From: a virus
IMG/VR virus record: IMGVR_UViG_3300025543_005580
Span: 47,990 to 111,989 of that record
Reading direction: 5' to 3' (one strand)
DNA: 64,000 nucleotides
In this document: one piece after another, positions 1 through 12,600 of the stretch
Numbering within the stretch: the first letter of the stretch is position 1
Layout of the letters: every line of letters begins with the position of its first letter
Position numbers and translations under genes: made by a program
The notes under the pieces: generated by a model
The model's database searches: none
The model's input: only the letters and a program-made list of their open reading frames with translations
What the model was told of the DNA's origin: nothing

Positions 1-1037
1 GTTAAACCTTGACCACCTGCTATACCAGTATAACCAGTATAACCACCTGGACCTTGGGTACCTTGAGGACCTCTATATCCCGTGTGACCTACTATACCTG
101 TATTTCCTGTTCTACCTCCTGGTCCTGTTAAACCTTGACCACCTGCTATACCAGTGTATCCTGTAGGTCCTCCAATTCCTGTAAGACCTTGTGGACCTTG
201 ATAACCTTGAGGTCCTACATATCCTATAGATCCTTGACCACCACGACCACCTTGACCACCACGACCACCTTGAGCTCCTGTAAATCCGGTTGCATTTATA
301 TATCCTTGAGGACCTTGATATCCTTGAGATCCTTGGGTACCTACAAATCCAGTTCTACCTGTATAACCAGTATATCCTTGTGGACCCTGATTACCTTGAG
401 TACCTACTCTACCTACATATCCATTATATCCTTGGGGACCCTGGTTACCTTGGGTACCTATAGGTCCAACATATCCTGTTCTACCTCCAGGTCCACCTGT
501 ACCGTTTATTCCAATTATACCATTAGCGCCTTGAGGTCCATAAAAACCTGAAAGTCCTTGGTTACCTGGGGCTCCTATTATACCTGTATATCCTAAGTTA
601 CCTGTTCTACCATTAACACCTTGACCACCTTGTGGTCCTTGTATACCTAATATTCCCTTAGGACCAACATATCCAGTAGGTCCTTGAGCACCTTGAGGTC
701 CTTGATTACCTCCACCACCTTGATTACCCCTACCACCTTGAGTACCTCTACCACCTTGACCACCTTGAGGACCTCCAGTACCAGTAGGACCAGTATATCC
801 AGTTCTACCTTGATTACCTTGTGAACCTTGACTACCACGTCCTCCTGTGTGTCCTGGTGTTTTAGCACGTCTATATAATACTCCATTAGTATCTACACCA
901 ATGTAATTACCTGTGGATGGATTTGAAGATAATACATCAACAACGGGAACATTTCCATCAAAAATCACATTTTCAATGTGAACTTCTGTATCAGTTCCTG
1001 TTGCTATTATCGTATTATTTGTTATTTGTAATCCCAT
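1..1037 (-). CDS. Collagen-like (Gly-X-Y) fibre protein, 3'-truncated by the window edge; not in the ORF track
   Basis: ATG at 1037 gives MGLQITNNTIIATGTDTEVHIENV..., followed by GPQ/GYT/GGR/GNQ triplets with no stop to base 1. N-terminus is paralogous to the upstream MGLEITGNRI gene. Confidence 0.85.
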   Translation of the reverse strand, partial: MGLQITNNTIIATGTDTEVHIENVIFDGNVPVVDVLSSNPSTGNYIGVDTNGVLYRRAKTPGHTGGRGSQGSQGNQGRTGYTGPTGTGGPQGGQGGRGTQGGRGNQGGGGNQGPQGAQGPTGYVGPKGILGIQGPQGGQGVNGRTGNLGYTGIIGAPGNQGLSGFYGPQGANGIIGINGTGGPGGRTGYVGPIGTQGNQGPQGYNGYVGRVGTQGNQGPQGYTGYTGRTGFVGTQGSQGYQGPQGYINATGFTGAQGGRGGQGGRGGQGSIGYVGPQGYQGPQGLTGIGGPTGYTGIAGGQGLTGPGGRTGNTGIVGHTGYRGPQGTQGPGGYTGYTGIAGGQGL

Positions 1038-1050
1038 TATATATAAATAT

Positions 1051-3609
1051 TTAAGACAATTTTGTTATCATTAAGCAAGATGATCCTTGTTCTGGGGATT
1101 GGCTAAAATTCATTAGACCTCCTGTTAAGTTGTAAACTCTAGGATACCTGGTTGATATAGATCCAAAAGTATAAGTCATAGCTATTGTTAATCCTGTTAC
1201 TATTAAACCTGCAGTAGCATAGTTAGATACATTTTCAAAGGTTGCTAATTCAGCCCCACCATTTCCAGGAATTATTGATTGTTGATCGTTAAAATCAATC
1301 ATTACAGTTTCTGATGTTGTACCTACATTAAGTCCTCCTTGTATTGGTTGGTTGCAACTAAATATAACACTATATTCTATATAATAAGTACCTGCATTGA
1401 ATTGAATATTATTTGCATTTACTGTTATACCGGCAATACTACCAATAGGAGAACCACAACTCAAAATAGACATTGTATTATTAGCTATTCCATTTTCACT
1501 TAATGGGACTATAACTTTAGAACCACCATTTGGATCACCTAAACCAGGTGATCCTGTAGGTCCAGTACCTGAACCAGAACTACCTTGACCACCTTGAGAA
1601 CCTCTTCTACCATTAGGCCCATCTTCTCCATTAACTCCTGTAGGTCCTTGTGATCCTCTATATCCAGAATAACCTGTATTTGCTGCTGTTCCTTGGGGAC
1701 CTCTACCACCTGGTCCTCCTGTATATCCTCCTGGTCCTCCAAATCCAGTATAACCAACTCCACCAGTACCACCTTGTGGACCTCTATATCCTGTATTTGC
1801 TGTTGAACCAACTTGACCTTGTGGTCCTTGATAACCACTACTACCTCCTCTTGTAACACCGGCAAATCCAGTAAGACCTTGACCACCTTGATTTCCTCTA
1901 TGTCCTTGATAACCTGTATATGAAGTAGAACCTGTAGGTCCAGTATATCCTGCTAATCCACCACCTCCTTGTGGTCCTCTATATCCTTGAGAACCATTAA
2001 TACCATTAAGACCTTTTGGTCCATTATTACCTTGAGGACCTTGAGGTCCTGGGCCTGCTCCTTGAGGACCTCTAGGTCCAGTAGGTGGGGCATATGAACC
2101 ATATCCTTGTGGTCCTTGATTACCTTGACCACCAACAATACCATTATATCCTTGTGGTCCTTGATTACCTTGAGGTCCAGGACCTGATCCTTGAGGACCT
2201 CTTCCACCAGTAGCGGCTAGGAAGGCTGTATATCCTTGAAGACCGGGTTGGCCTTGAGGTCCAGTGGCTCCTTGATTACCTTGACCACCTTGAGGACCTT
2301 GAGGTCCTGTAGTACCACTTTGAGCACCTCGAGCTCCTGGGGCTGCTGTTCGACCAGTATATCCTTGAGAACCACGTCCACCTTGGCCGCCTTGAGTACC
2401 TCTACCACCTTGACCACCTTGAGGACCTTGAGGTCCTGTTGTTGAGCTTTGAGCACCTCGAGCTCCTGGGGCTGCTGTTAGACCAGTATATCCTTGGGAA
2501 CCACGTCCACCTTGGCCGCCTTGAGTACCTCTACCACCTTGACCACCTTGAGGACCTTGAGGTCCTGTAGTACCACTTTGAGCACCTCGAGCTCCTGGGG
2601 CTGCTGTTCGACCAGTATATCCTTGAGAACCACGTCCACCTTGGCCGCCTTGAGTACCTCTACCACCTTGACCACCTTGAGGACCTTGAGGTCCTGTTGT
2701 TGAGCTTTGAGCACCTCTACCACCTTGACCACCCTGAGGGCCTCTATACCCAGATATACCCCTAGGTCCTGTACCTCCTTGATTTCCTATATATCCTTGA
2801 ACACCTTGGTATCCTTGAGGGCCTGTAGGACCTGAACCACCTTGTGGACCTCTAGGTCCATTAAATCCAGTGTATCCTCCTAATCCAGTAGGACCTTGTC
2901 CCCCTTGATTACCTCTACCTCCAGTAGGTCCAGTATAACCTGTAGGACCATTTACTGTACTTTGGGTACCTTGAGAACCTTGAGGTCCTCCAAATCCTGT
3001 TATACCGTTATTACCTTGAGGACCTTGACCACCTTGATTACCACGTCCACCTTGACCACCTTGAGAACCTTGTCCACCTTGTACACCTCTTAAACCTGTA
3101 TTTCCTCCAGCTCCTCCTGAAGCACCCGGAGTACCTTGTTGTCCAACAGGTCCTTGTGAACCTCTACCTCCTTGTGGACCTCTATATCCTGTAAATCCTT
3201 GATTTCCTTGTGTACCTTGACTACCACGTCCTCCAGTAGGTCCAGTGTAACCACCTCTACCTCCAGGACCTGGGGTACCTTGATACCCAGGTACTCCTTG
3301 ATATCCTGTAACACCTTGATTACCTTGTGATCCTTGGTTTCCTTGAGCACCTTGACTTCCACCATTACCTGTACGGCCTGTATTTCCTGTATATCCTTGG
3401 GGTCCTTGAGGTCCTTGTGAACCCGCACTTCTTACAGTATCATATACTCTAGCTCCGGAAGTTGTGAAGGTTACAAAATCACCATCATTAGAATGAGTTT
3501 GCAGGTTTAGGACGACAGGGTTCATTGACCCTGTCATCACTACTGTCCTCATATCTATATCATTAGAACCTGTTGGAAAGATTCTATTGCCTGTTATTTC
3601 TAAACCCAT
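1051..3609 (-). CDS. Collagen-like fibre protein with globular C-terminal domain (852 aa)
   Basis: About 630 aa of Gly-X-Y rich in Gln/Tyr/Arg, flanked by a short N-terminal domain and a ~150-aa beta-rich C-terminal domain. Confidence 0.85.
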   Translation of the reverse strand: MGLEITGNRIFPTGSNDIDMRTVVMTGSMNPVVLNLQTHSNDGDFVTFTTSGARVYDTVRSAGSQGPQGPQGYTGNTGRTGNGGSQGAQGNQGSQGNQGVTGYQGVPGYQGTPGPGGRGGYTGPTGGRGSQGTQGNQGFTGYRGPQGGRGSQGPVGQQGTPGASGGAGGNTGLRGVQGGQGSQGGQGGRGNQGGQGPQGNNGITGFGGPQGSQGTQSTVNGPTGYTGPTGGRGNQGGQGPTGLGGYTGFNGPRGPQGGSGPTGPQGYQGVQGYIGNQGGTGPRGISGYRGPQGGQGGRGAQSSTTGPQGPQGGQGGRGTQGGQGGRGSQGYTGRTAAPGARGAQSGTTGPQGPQGGQGGRGTQGGQGGRGSQGYTGLTAAPGARGAQSSTTGPQGPQGGQGGRGTQGGQGGRGSQGYTGRTAAPGARGAQSGTTGPQGPQGGQGNQGATGPQGQPGLQGYTAFLAATGGRGPQGSGPGPQGNQGPQGYNGIVGGQGNQGPQGYGSYAPPTGPRGPQGAGPGPQGPQGNNGPKGLNGINGSQGYRGPQGGGGLAGYTGPTGSTSYTGYQGHRGNQGGQGLTGFAGVTRGGSSGYQGPQGQVGSTANTGYRGPQGGTGGVGYTGFGGPGGYTGGPGGRGPQGTAANTGYSGYRGSQGPTGVNGEDGPNGRRGSQGGQGSSGSGTGPTGSPGLGDPNGGSKVIVPLSENGIANNTMSILSCGSPIGSIAGITVNANNIQFNAGTYYIEYSVIFSCNQPIQGGLNVGTTSETVMIDFNDQQSIIPGNGGAELATFENVSNYATAGLIVTGLTIAMTYTFGSISTRYPRVYNLTGGLMNFSQSPEQGSSCLMITKLS
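2281..2733. repeat. 129-bp coding tandem repeat, about 3.5 copies
   Basis: ttgaccaccttgaggaccttgaggtcctgt starts at 2281, 2410, 2539 and 2668; encodes a 43-aa unit. Confidence 0.9.
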
Positions 3610-3618
3610 ATTCGTTTA

Positions 3619-6600
3619 TTAAATATTAATGTAAGCATTAATAACATACGAGTCACCACTTCCGCTTTCGAGAGCTTTTGCAAATACTACATCTTGTAAG
3701 TTTTCGTTAATCATTTCTTCTCTCGTTATTGCTTTAGCATGTCCTACTTTATCTGAAGTAACAAGATAATCACCTTCTTTTACTATTCCAATTACAAGTA
3801 CTGGTTCAGCACCTTGAACAATTGGAATATTTTTATCAGGTACCATGACTCCCATTCTCATGTGATCTTTTTCGTTTGTACATGGAACTAAATCTCCATC
3901 TTTCCAAACCATTACAGTACCTAATTCGTGATTATTATTATCTTCTTTATTATTACCTGCTAAGTTCTGTTCAAATATACCACAAGTATTAAATGCGATT
4001 GCCCAAACATCTCTCCAACATAAATCTGGTCTACCAATATCCCAAACTCTATCTTGTATTGGGTTCATATTACCATCCCAATTGAAATCTGGGGCTGTAT
4101 AATTGGCAACTGTTAATCTATTTGGTCTACCTGCGTTGTAACTAACAATTTCACCGTTATTAGCTGTATTGCTCCAGTTAATAGCAATATCATTAGCATT
4201 AACAGTAATACCTGTACCTGAACCTATGTTTAATGTTCTATCAGTTGATAACGCACCTCCACCAGTTAAACCTGAACCTGCGATAATTGACACGTAAGTA
4301 CCGCTTGTACCCACATTACCTGATATACCACTAGTACCATCTATACCTGAAGTTCCTGATGTTCCTGAACCACCTGATACTCCACTAGCACCACCAACAC
4401 CTGAGGTACCGTTTGAACCTGTTGAACCTGATGTTCCTGATAATCTACTTAATCCGCTTGTTCCAGCTACACCACTTGTACCAATTGTACCTGAAGAACC
4501 GCTAGTTCCACTAGTAGCGCTTAATCCTGATAAACCAGCATTACCTGTTGTACCATTTGAACCTGTTGAACCACTAGTTCCAGATACTCTACTTAATCCA
4601 TTTGTACCATTATTACCTGTTGTACCATTTGAACCTGAACTACCTGATGTTCCAGATAATTTACTCAATCCATTTGTACCAGTATTACCTGAAGTACCAT
4701 TTGAACCTGTTGATCCACTTGTTCCTGATGCTCTACTTAATCCATTTGTACCAGTATTACCTGAAGTACCTGATGAACCACTAGTACCTGAAGTTCTACT
4801 AGCACCTGAGGCACCATTGACACCTGATGTACCGTTTGAACCTGAACTACCTGAAGTACCTGATAATCTAGATAATCCATTACCACCATTAACACCTGAA
4901 GTACCATTTGAACCACTTGATCCTGAAGTACCTGATACTCTAGATAATCCTGAAGTTCCAGCTACACCGCTTGTACCTATTGTACCTGAACTTCCTGAAG
5001 TTCCTGATGTAGCACTTAATGCTGATTGTCCTGCATTTCCAATAGTACCATTTGAACCTGATGAACCTGAAGTTCCTGAAGTTCCTGAAGTTCTACTAAT
5101 ACCTGAAGCACCATTAACACCTGAGGTACCATTTGAACCACTTGATCCTGAAGTACCTGATACTCTACTTAATCCTGAAGTACCATTAACACCTGAAGTA
5201 CCATTTGAACCTGTTGATCCACTTGCACCTGATGTTCTGCTTAATCCGGAAGTACCTGCAACTCCACTTGTACCAATTGTGCCTGATGAACCACTTGTTC
5301 CACTAGTAGCACTTAATCCTGATAAACCAGCATTACCTGTTGTACCATTTGAACCTGTAGAACCTGATGTTCCAGAAGTTTTACTAGCACCTGAAACACC
5401 ATTATTACCTGATGTACCTGATGAACCACTTGTTCCTGAAGTTCTAGATATTCCGGAGGCACCATTATTACCATTTGTACCTGTTGAACCTGAAGAACCA
5501 CTAGTTCCACTAGTTCTTGAAGCACCTGAAGCACCATTATTACCTGATGTACCTGAACTACCTGTTGAACCACTAGTTCCGGAAACATTACTTGTTCCGT
5601 TAGCACCTGCATTTCCTGAAGTACCATTTGAACCTGTAGAACCACTAGTTCCGGAAACATTACTTGTTCCGTTAGCACCTGCGTTTCCTGAAGTACCATT
5701 TGAACCTGTACTACCTGAAGTACCTGATACTCTAGATAATCCTGAAGTTCCAGCTACACCGCTTGTACCTATTGTACCTGAAGATCCTGAAGTACCACTT
5801 GTAGCGCTTAATCCTGATAAACCAGCATTACCTGTTGTACCATTTGAACCTGATGAACCTGAAGTACCACTTGAACCTGAAGTTCTACTAATACCTGAAG
5901 CACCGTTAACACCTGAGGTACCGTTTGAACCACTAGAACCACTTGTTCCAGAGAATCTACTTAATCCATTTGTACCATTATTACCTGTTGTACCATTTGA
6001 ACCTGAACTACCTGATGTTCCTGATAATCTACTTAATCCGTTTGTTCCAGCTACCCCACTTGTACCTATTGTACCTGAAGATCCTGATGTACCTGAAGTA
6101 GCACTTAAACCACTTTGTCCTGCGTTTCCAGTAGTACCTGTTGAACCTGATGAACCTGATGTTCCAGAAGTTCTACTAGCACCTGAAGCACCATTAGTAC
6201 CATTTGAACCACTTGATCCTGAAGTACCTGATATATTACTTGTTCCGTTATTTCCAGCTACACCACTTGTACCATTTGAACCAGTTGAACCTGAAGTACC
6301 GGATACATTACTTGTTCCATTAGCTCCTGCGTTTCCTGAGGTACCATTTGAACCTGTTGATCCAGAAGTTCCGGACAATGCACTTAATCCGTTTGTACCC
6401 GCAACTCCACTTGTACCTACTGTACCTGAAGATCCACTAGTTCCACTTGTAGCGCTTAATCCTGATTGTCCTGCATTACCTGTAGTACCGTTTGAACCGG
6501 TTGAACCTGAAGTACCTGATGTTTTACTTAATGCACTAGCTCCAGCATTTCCTGTTGTACCTGATGAACCTGATGAACCGCTTGTTCCTGATGTAGCACT

Positions 6601-9600
6601 TAATGCACTAGCACCTGCAACACCTGCGTTTCCTGATGTACCATTTGAACCTGTTGATCCGGAAGTACCTGAAGTCTTACTTAGTCCGGAAGTACCTGCT
6701 AATCCGCTTGTACCAATTGTACCTGATGAACCACTAGTTCCTGATGTAGCACTTAATCCTGATAAACCAGCATTACCTGTTGTACCATTTGAACCTGTAG
6801 AACCTGATGTTCCAGAAGTACCACTTGTAGCACTTAGAGCACTTGCTCCTGCATTTCCTGCAGTACCGTTTGAACCAGTTGAACCTGAAGTTCCCGATGT
6901 TCCTGAAGTAGCACTTAGTGCTGAAGCACCTGCGTTTCCAGCTGTACCATTTGAACCAGTACTACCTGATGTACCTGAAGTACCTGCTGTAGCACTTAAT
7001 CCTGAAGTACCTGCTACTCCTGAAGTACCTATTGTACCTGATGAACCTGAAGTTCCACTAGTAGCACTTAATCCTGATAAACCAGCATTACCTGTTGTAC
7101 CATTTGAACCTGTAGAACCTGATGTTCCAGAAGTACCACTTGTAGCACTTAGAGCACTTGCTCCTGCATTTCCTGCAGTACCGTTTGAACCAGTTGAACC
7201 TGAAGTTCCCGATGTTCCTGAAGTAGCACTTAGTGCTGAAGCACCTGCGTTTCCAGCTGTACCATTTGAACCAGTACTACCTGATGTACCTGAAGTACCT
7301 GCTGTAGCACTTAATCCTGAAGTACCTGCTACTCCTGAAGTACCTATTGTACCTGATGAACCTGAAGTTCCACTAGTAGCACTTAATCCTGATAAACCAG
7401 CATTACCTGAAGTACCATTTGAACCTGAAGAACCAGATGAACCAGATGAACCACTTGTTCCTGATGTAGCACTTAATGCGCTATCACCTGCGTTTCCAGC
7501 TGTACCATTTGAACCTGATGAACCGCTTGTTCCTGATGTATTACTTAATGCACTTGCACCTGCATCTCCGGCGGTACCTGATGAACCTGTACTACCTGAT
7601 GTTCCACTTGTTTCACTATTACCTGAAGTTCCAGCTACACCTGATGTACCTACTGTACCTGAAGAACCACTAGTACCTGATGTAGCACTTAAACCACTTT
7701 GTCCTGAGTTTCCTGATGTACCGTTTGAACCAGTTGAACCTGAACTACCAGATGTACCTGAAGTAGCACTTAAGGCTGAAGCTCCTGCGTTTCCAGCAGT
7801 ACCATTTGAACCTGAACTTCCTGAAGTACCTGAAGTAGCACTTAGTGCTGAAGCTCCTGCATCTCCTGAAGTACCACTTGAACCTGTTGAACCTGATGTT
7901 CCACTTGTTTCGCTATTTCCTGAAGTACCTGCAACTCCACTTGTACCTATTGTACCTGAGCTTCCTGAAGTACCTGAAGTTGAACTTAATGCACTTTGTC
8001 CTGCATTTCCAGCAGTACCATTTGAGCCACTTGAACCACTAGTTCCTGATGTAGCACTTAATGCGCTAGCACCTGCATTTCCTGCTGTACCTGATGAACC
8101 TGTAGAACCACTTGTTCCACTGGTGGCACTTAGAGCACTTACTCCTGCTTCACCTGCTGTACCTGATGAACCTGTACTACCTGATGAACCTGAAGTTCCT
8201 GAAGTTCCTGCAGATGCACTAGCACCTGAAGTACCTGCAACTCCACTTGTACCTACTGTACCTGAAGAACCACTAGTACCTGATGTAGCACTTAAACCAC
8301 TTTGTCCTGCGTTTCCTGATGTACCATTTGAACCTGTACTACCTGATGAACCTGAAGTACCTGCTGATCCTGATGTTGCACTAGCACCTGAAGCACCTAT
8401 ACTACCGTTTGAACCTGTACTACCTGATGTACCTGAAGTACCTGATGTATTACTAATACCTGATTCACCTGCGTTACCAGACGTTCCTGTTGAACCTGTA
8501 GAACCTGATGTTCCTGAAGTTGAACTATTTCCTGATGTACCAGCAACTCCACTTGTACCAATTGTACCTGAAGAACCTGAAGTACCACTTGTAGCACTTA
8601 GTGCACTTTGTCCTGCATTTCCAGCAGTACCGTTTGAACCTGAACTACCAGATGTACCTGATGTTGCACTTAAAGCACTTGCACCAGCATCTCCAGCTGT
8701 ACCTGAACTACCAGATGAACCACTTGTTCCTGAAGTAGCACTTAAAGCTGAAGCACCTGCTTCACCTGCTGTACCATTTGAACCAGTTGAACCTGATGTA
8801 CCTGAAGTACCTGCTGATCCTGATGTTGTACTATTACCGCTAGTACCAGCAACTCCACTAGTACCTACTGTACCTGAACTACCAGATGTACCTGATGTTG
8901 CGCTTAATCCTGATTGACCTGCATTACCTGAAGTACCATTTGAACCCGTTGATCCACTTGTTCCACTAGTTGCACTTAATGCACTAGCACCTGCATCTCC
9001 AGCAGTACCTGATGAACCTGACGAACCTGAAGTACCTGAAGTAGCACTTAAAGCTGAAGCACCTGCGTCTCCTGCTGTACCTGTTGATCCTGATGAACCT
9101 GAAGTTCCTGATGAACCTGAACTTGCACTATTTCCTGACGTACCTGCAACTCCTGAAGTACCAATTGTACCTGAAGATCCTGAAGTACCACTTGTAGCAC
9201 TTAGTGCACTTTGTCCTGCATTACCTGAAGTACCATTTGAGCCACTTGAACCGCTTGTTCCGGATGTAGCACTTAATGCGCTAGCACCTGCATTTCCTGC
9301 TGTACCACTAGAACCAGTTGAACCTGATGTACCCGAAGTACCTGAAGTTGAACTTAATGCACTAGCACCTGCTTCACCTGCTGTACCATTTGAACCAGTT
9401 GAACCTGAAGTACCTGAAGTACCTGAAGATCCTGATGAAGCACTGGCACCTGAAGTTCCAGCAACTCCACTAGTACCTACTGTACCTGAAGAACCGCTAG
9501 TTCCACTTGTAGCGCTTAATCCTGATTGACCAGCATTTCCATTTGTACCGTTTGATCCAGTACTACCTGATGATCCACTTGTACCACTAGTAGCACTTAA

Positions 9601-12600
9601 GGCTGAAGCTCCTGCTTCACCTGCTGTACCATTTGAACCTGAAGAACCACTTGTTCCACTAGTTGCACTTAGAGCACTTGCTCCTGCTTCACCTGAAGTA
9701 CCTGAGCTACCCGTTGAACCACTAGTTCCTGATGTTTCGCTATTTCCTGAAGTACCTGCAACTCCACTTGTACCTATTGTACCTGAAGAACCTGAAGTAC
9801 CTGAAGTAGCACTTAAACCACTTTGACCATCATTACCTGTAGTACCGTTTGAACCACTTGAACCTGATGTTCCTGAGGTTGCACTTAGGGCTGAAGCACC
9901 TGCATCTCCAGCAGTACCTGAACTACCTGTTGAACCTGAGGTTCCGCTAGTAGCACTTAAAGCACTAGCACCTGCTTCACCTGCTGTACCATTTGAACCA
10001 GTTGAACCTGAAGTACCTGAAGTTCCTGAAGAACCTGAACTTGCACTATCTCCACTTGTTCCAGCTACACCTGATGTACCTATAGTACCTGATGAACCAC
10101 TAGTTCCTGAAGTAGCACTTAATCCTGATTGTCCTGCATTACCTGAAGTACCATTTGAACCTGTACTACCTGAACTACCAGATGTACCTGAAGTTGCACT
10201 TAAGGCTGAAGCTCCGGCTTCACCTGCTGTACCACTTGAACCACTAGAACCACTTGTTCCAGATGTATTACTTAGAGCCGAAGCACCTGCATCTCCAGCA
10301 GTACCTGAACTACCTGTTGAACCTGAGGTTCCACTTGTTTCGCTATTTCCTGAAGTACCTGCAACTCCACTTGTACCAATTGTACCTGAAGAACCTGAAG
10401 TACCCGATGTTGCACTTAGTGCTGATTGACCAGCATTCCCCGCCGTACCATTTGAACCAGATGAACCACTAGTTCCTGAAGTAGCACTTAAAGCACTTGC
10501 TCCTGCATCTCCTGCAGTACCTGAACTACCTGTTGAACCGCTTGTTCCACTTGTTTCACTATTACCTGAAGTTCCAGCTACACCTGATGTACCGTTTGTA
10601 CCCGTACTACCTGATGAACCTGAAGTACCTGCTGATCCTGATGTTGCACTAGCACCTGAAGTGCCTGCTACTCCTGAAGTACCAATTGTACCTGAAGATC
10701 CTGAAGTTCCACTTGTAGCACTTAGAGCACTTTGTCCTGCGTTTCCTGCTGTACCATTTGAACCACTAGATCCAGATGTACCTGATGTAGCACTTAAAGC
10801 TGAAGCACCTGCGTCTCCTGCTGTACCACTAGAACCTGTTGAACCTGAAGTACCTGAAGTAGCACTTAAAGCTGAAGCACCTGCTTCACCTGCTGTACCA
10901 CTAGAACCAGTTGAACCTGAAGTTCCTGATGAACCTGAACTTGCACTATTTCCTGAAGTTCCAGCTACACCTGAGGTACCTACTGTACCTGAACTTCCTG
11001 AAGTTCCACTTGTAGCACTTAATGCGCTTTGTCCTGCGTTTCCTGCTGTACCATTTGAACCACTTGAACCACTTGAACCACTTGTTCCACTTGTAGCACT
11101 TTCAGCGGAAGCACCTGCTTCACCTGCTGTACCTGATGAACCACTTGAACCTGAAGTACCACTTGTAGCACTTAAAGCGCTTTCTCCAGCATCACCTGCT
11201 GTACCTGTTGAACCTGATGAACCTGAAGTTCCTGATGAACCTGAACTTGCACTATTTCCTGACGTACCTGCAACTCCTGAAGTACCAATTGTACCTGAAG
11301 AACCGCTAGTTCCACTTGTATCACTTAAGCCACTTTCACCTGCATTACCTGATGTACCTGTTGAACCACTAGAACCCGAAGTACCACTTGTTGCACTATC
11401 TCCTGACTCACCTGTTGTACCTGATGATCCTGTAGAACCACTTGTACCTGATTCTCCACTTGTAGCTGCAATTCCATTTTCTCCTGAAGTACCTGATGAA
11501 CCTGTTGTTCCACTAGTAGCACTAATTCCTGAAGTACCTGCAATTCCGTTTTCACCACTTGTACCTGATGAGCCTGTTGTACCTGAGGTGGCACTATCAC
11601 CACTTGTTCCAGCTACACCGCTTGTACCTATTGTACCTGATGAACCACTAGTTCCACTCGTAGCACTTAGTGCACTTTGACCAGCATTACCTGCTGTACC
11701 ATTTGAACCTGAAGAACCACTAGTTCCACTAGTAGCACTATCGGCTGAAGCACCTGCTTCACCTGCTGTACCACTTGAACCACTAGAACCACTTGTACCA
11801 CTTGTCTCACTTAAGGCAGAAGCACCAGCTTCACCTGCTGTACCTGAACTACCTGTTGAACCGCTTGTTCCACTTGAACCACTTGTTTCACTATTTCCTG
11901 ATGTACCTGCAACTCCTGAAGTACCTATTGTACCTGATGAACCTGAAGTACCTGAAGTAGCGCTTAAACCACTTTCTCCAGCATTACCATTCGTTCCTGT
12001 TGAACCTGAAGAACCACTAGTTCCACTTGTTTCACTATTTCCTGATTGACCAGCACTACCTGAAGAACCTGTAGAACCTGAAGTTCCTGATTCTCCACTA
12101 GTTGCAGCAACTCCATCAGCACCTGAAGTACCTGATGAACCTGTTGTTCCACTAGTAGCACTTATACCACTTGTTCCAGCAATTCCATCAGCACCTGCTG
12201 AACCTGAACTACCTGTTGTACCTGAGGTGGCACTATCTCCACTTGTTCCAGCTACACCACTTGTACCTATTGTACCTGAAGATCCTGATGTACCTGAAGT
12301 AGCACTATTTCCTGATTGACCTGCGTTTCCAGCAGTACCATTTGAACCCGTTGATCCACTTGTACCACTTGTGGCACTTAAAGCGGAAGCGCCTGCATCT
12401 CCTGCTGTACCTGATGAACCTGAACTTCCTGAGGTACCTGAAGTAGCACTTAAAGCTGAAGCACCTGCGTCTCCTGCTGTACCTGAACTACCTGATGAAC
12501 CTGAAGTTCCTGATGAACCTGATGAAGCACTAGCACCTGAAGTACCTGCAACTCCACTTGTACCTATTGTACCACTTGAACCAGCAGTACCTGAAGTAGC

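Noticed and set aside
4817-8917. 1366-aa plus-strand PEVP-repeat ORF, and similar ones at 10661, 12371, 17548 and 18042
   Set aside because: Antisense shadow of Gly-Thr-Ser codons. No expression signals, and the frame is broken at arbitrary points by TGA.
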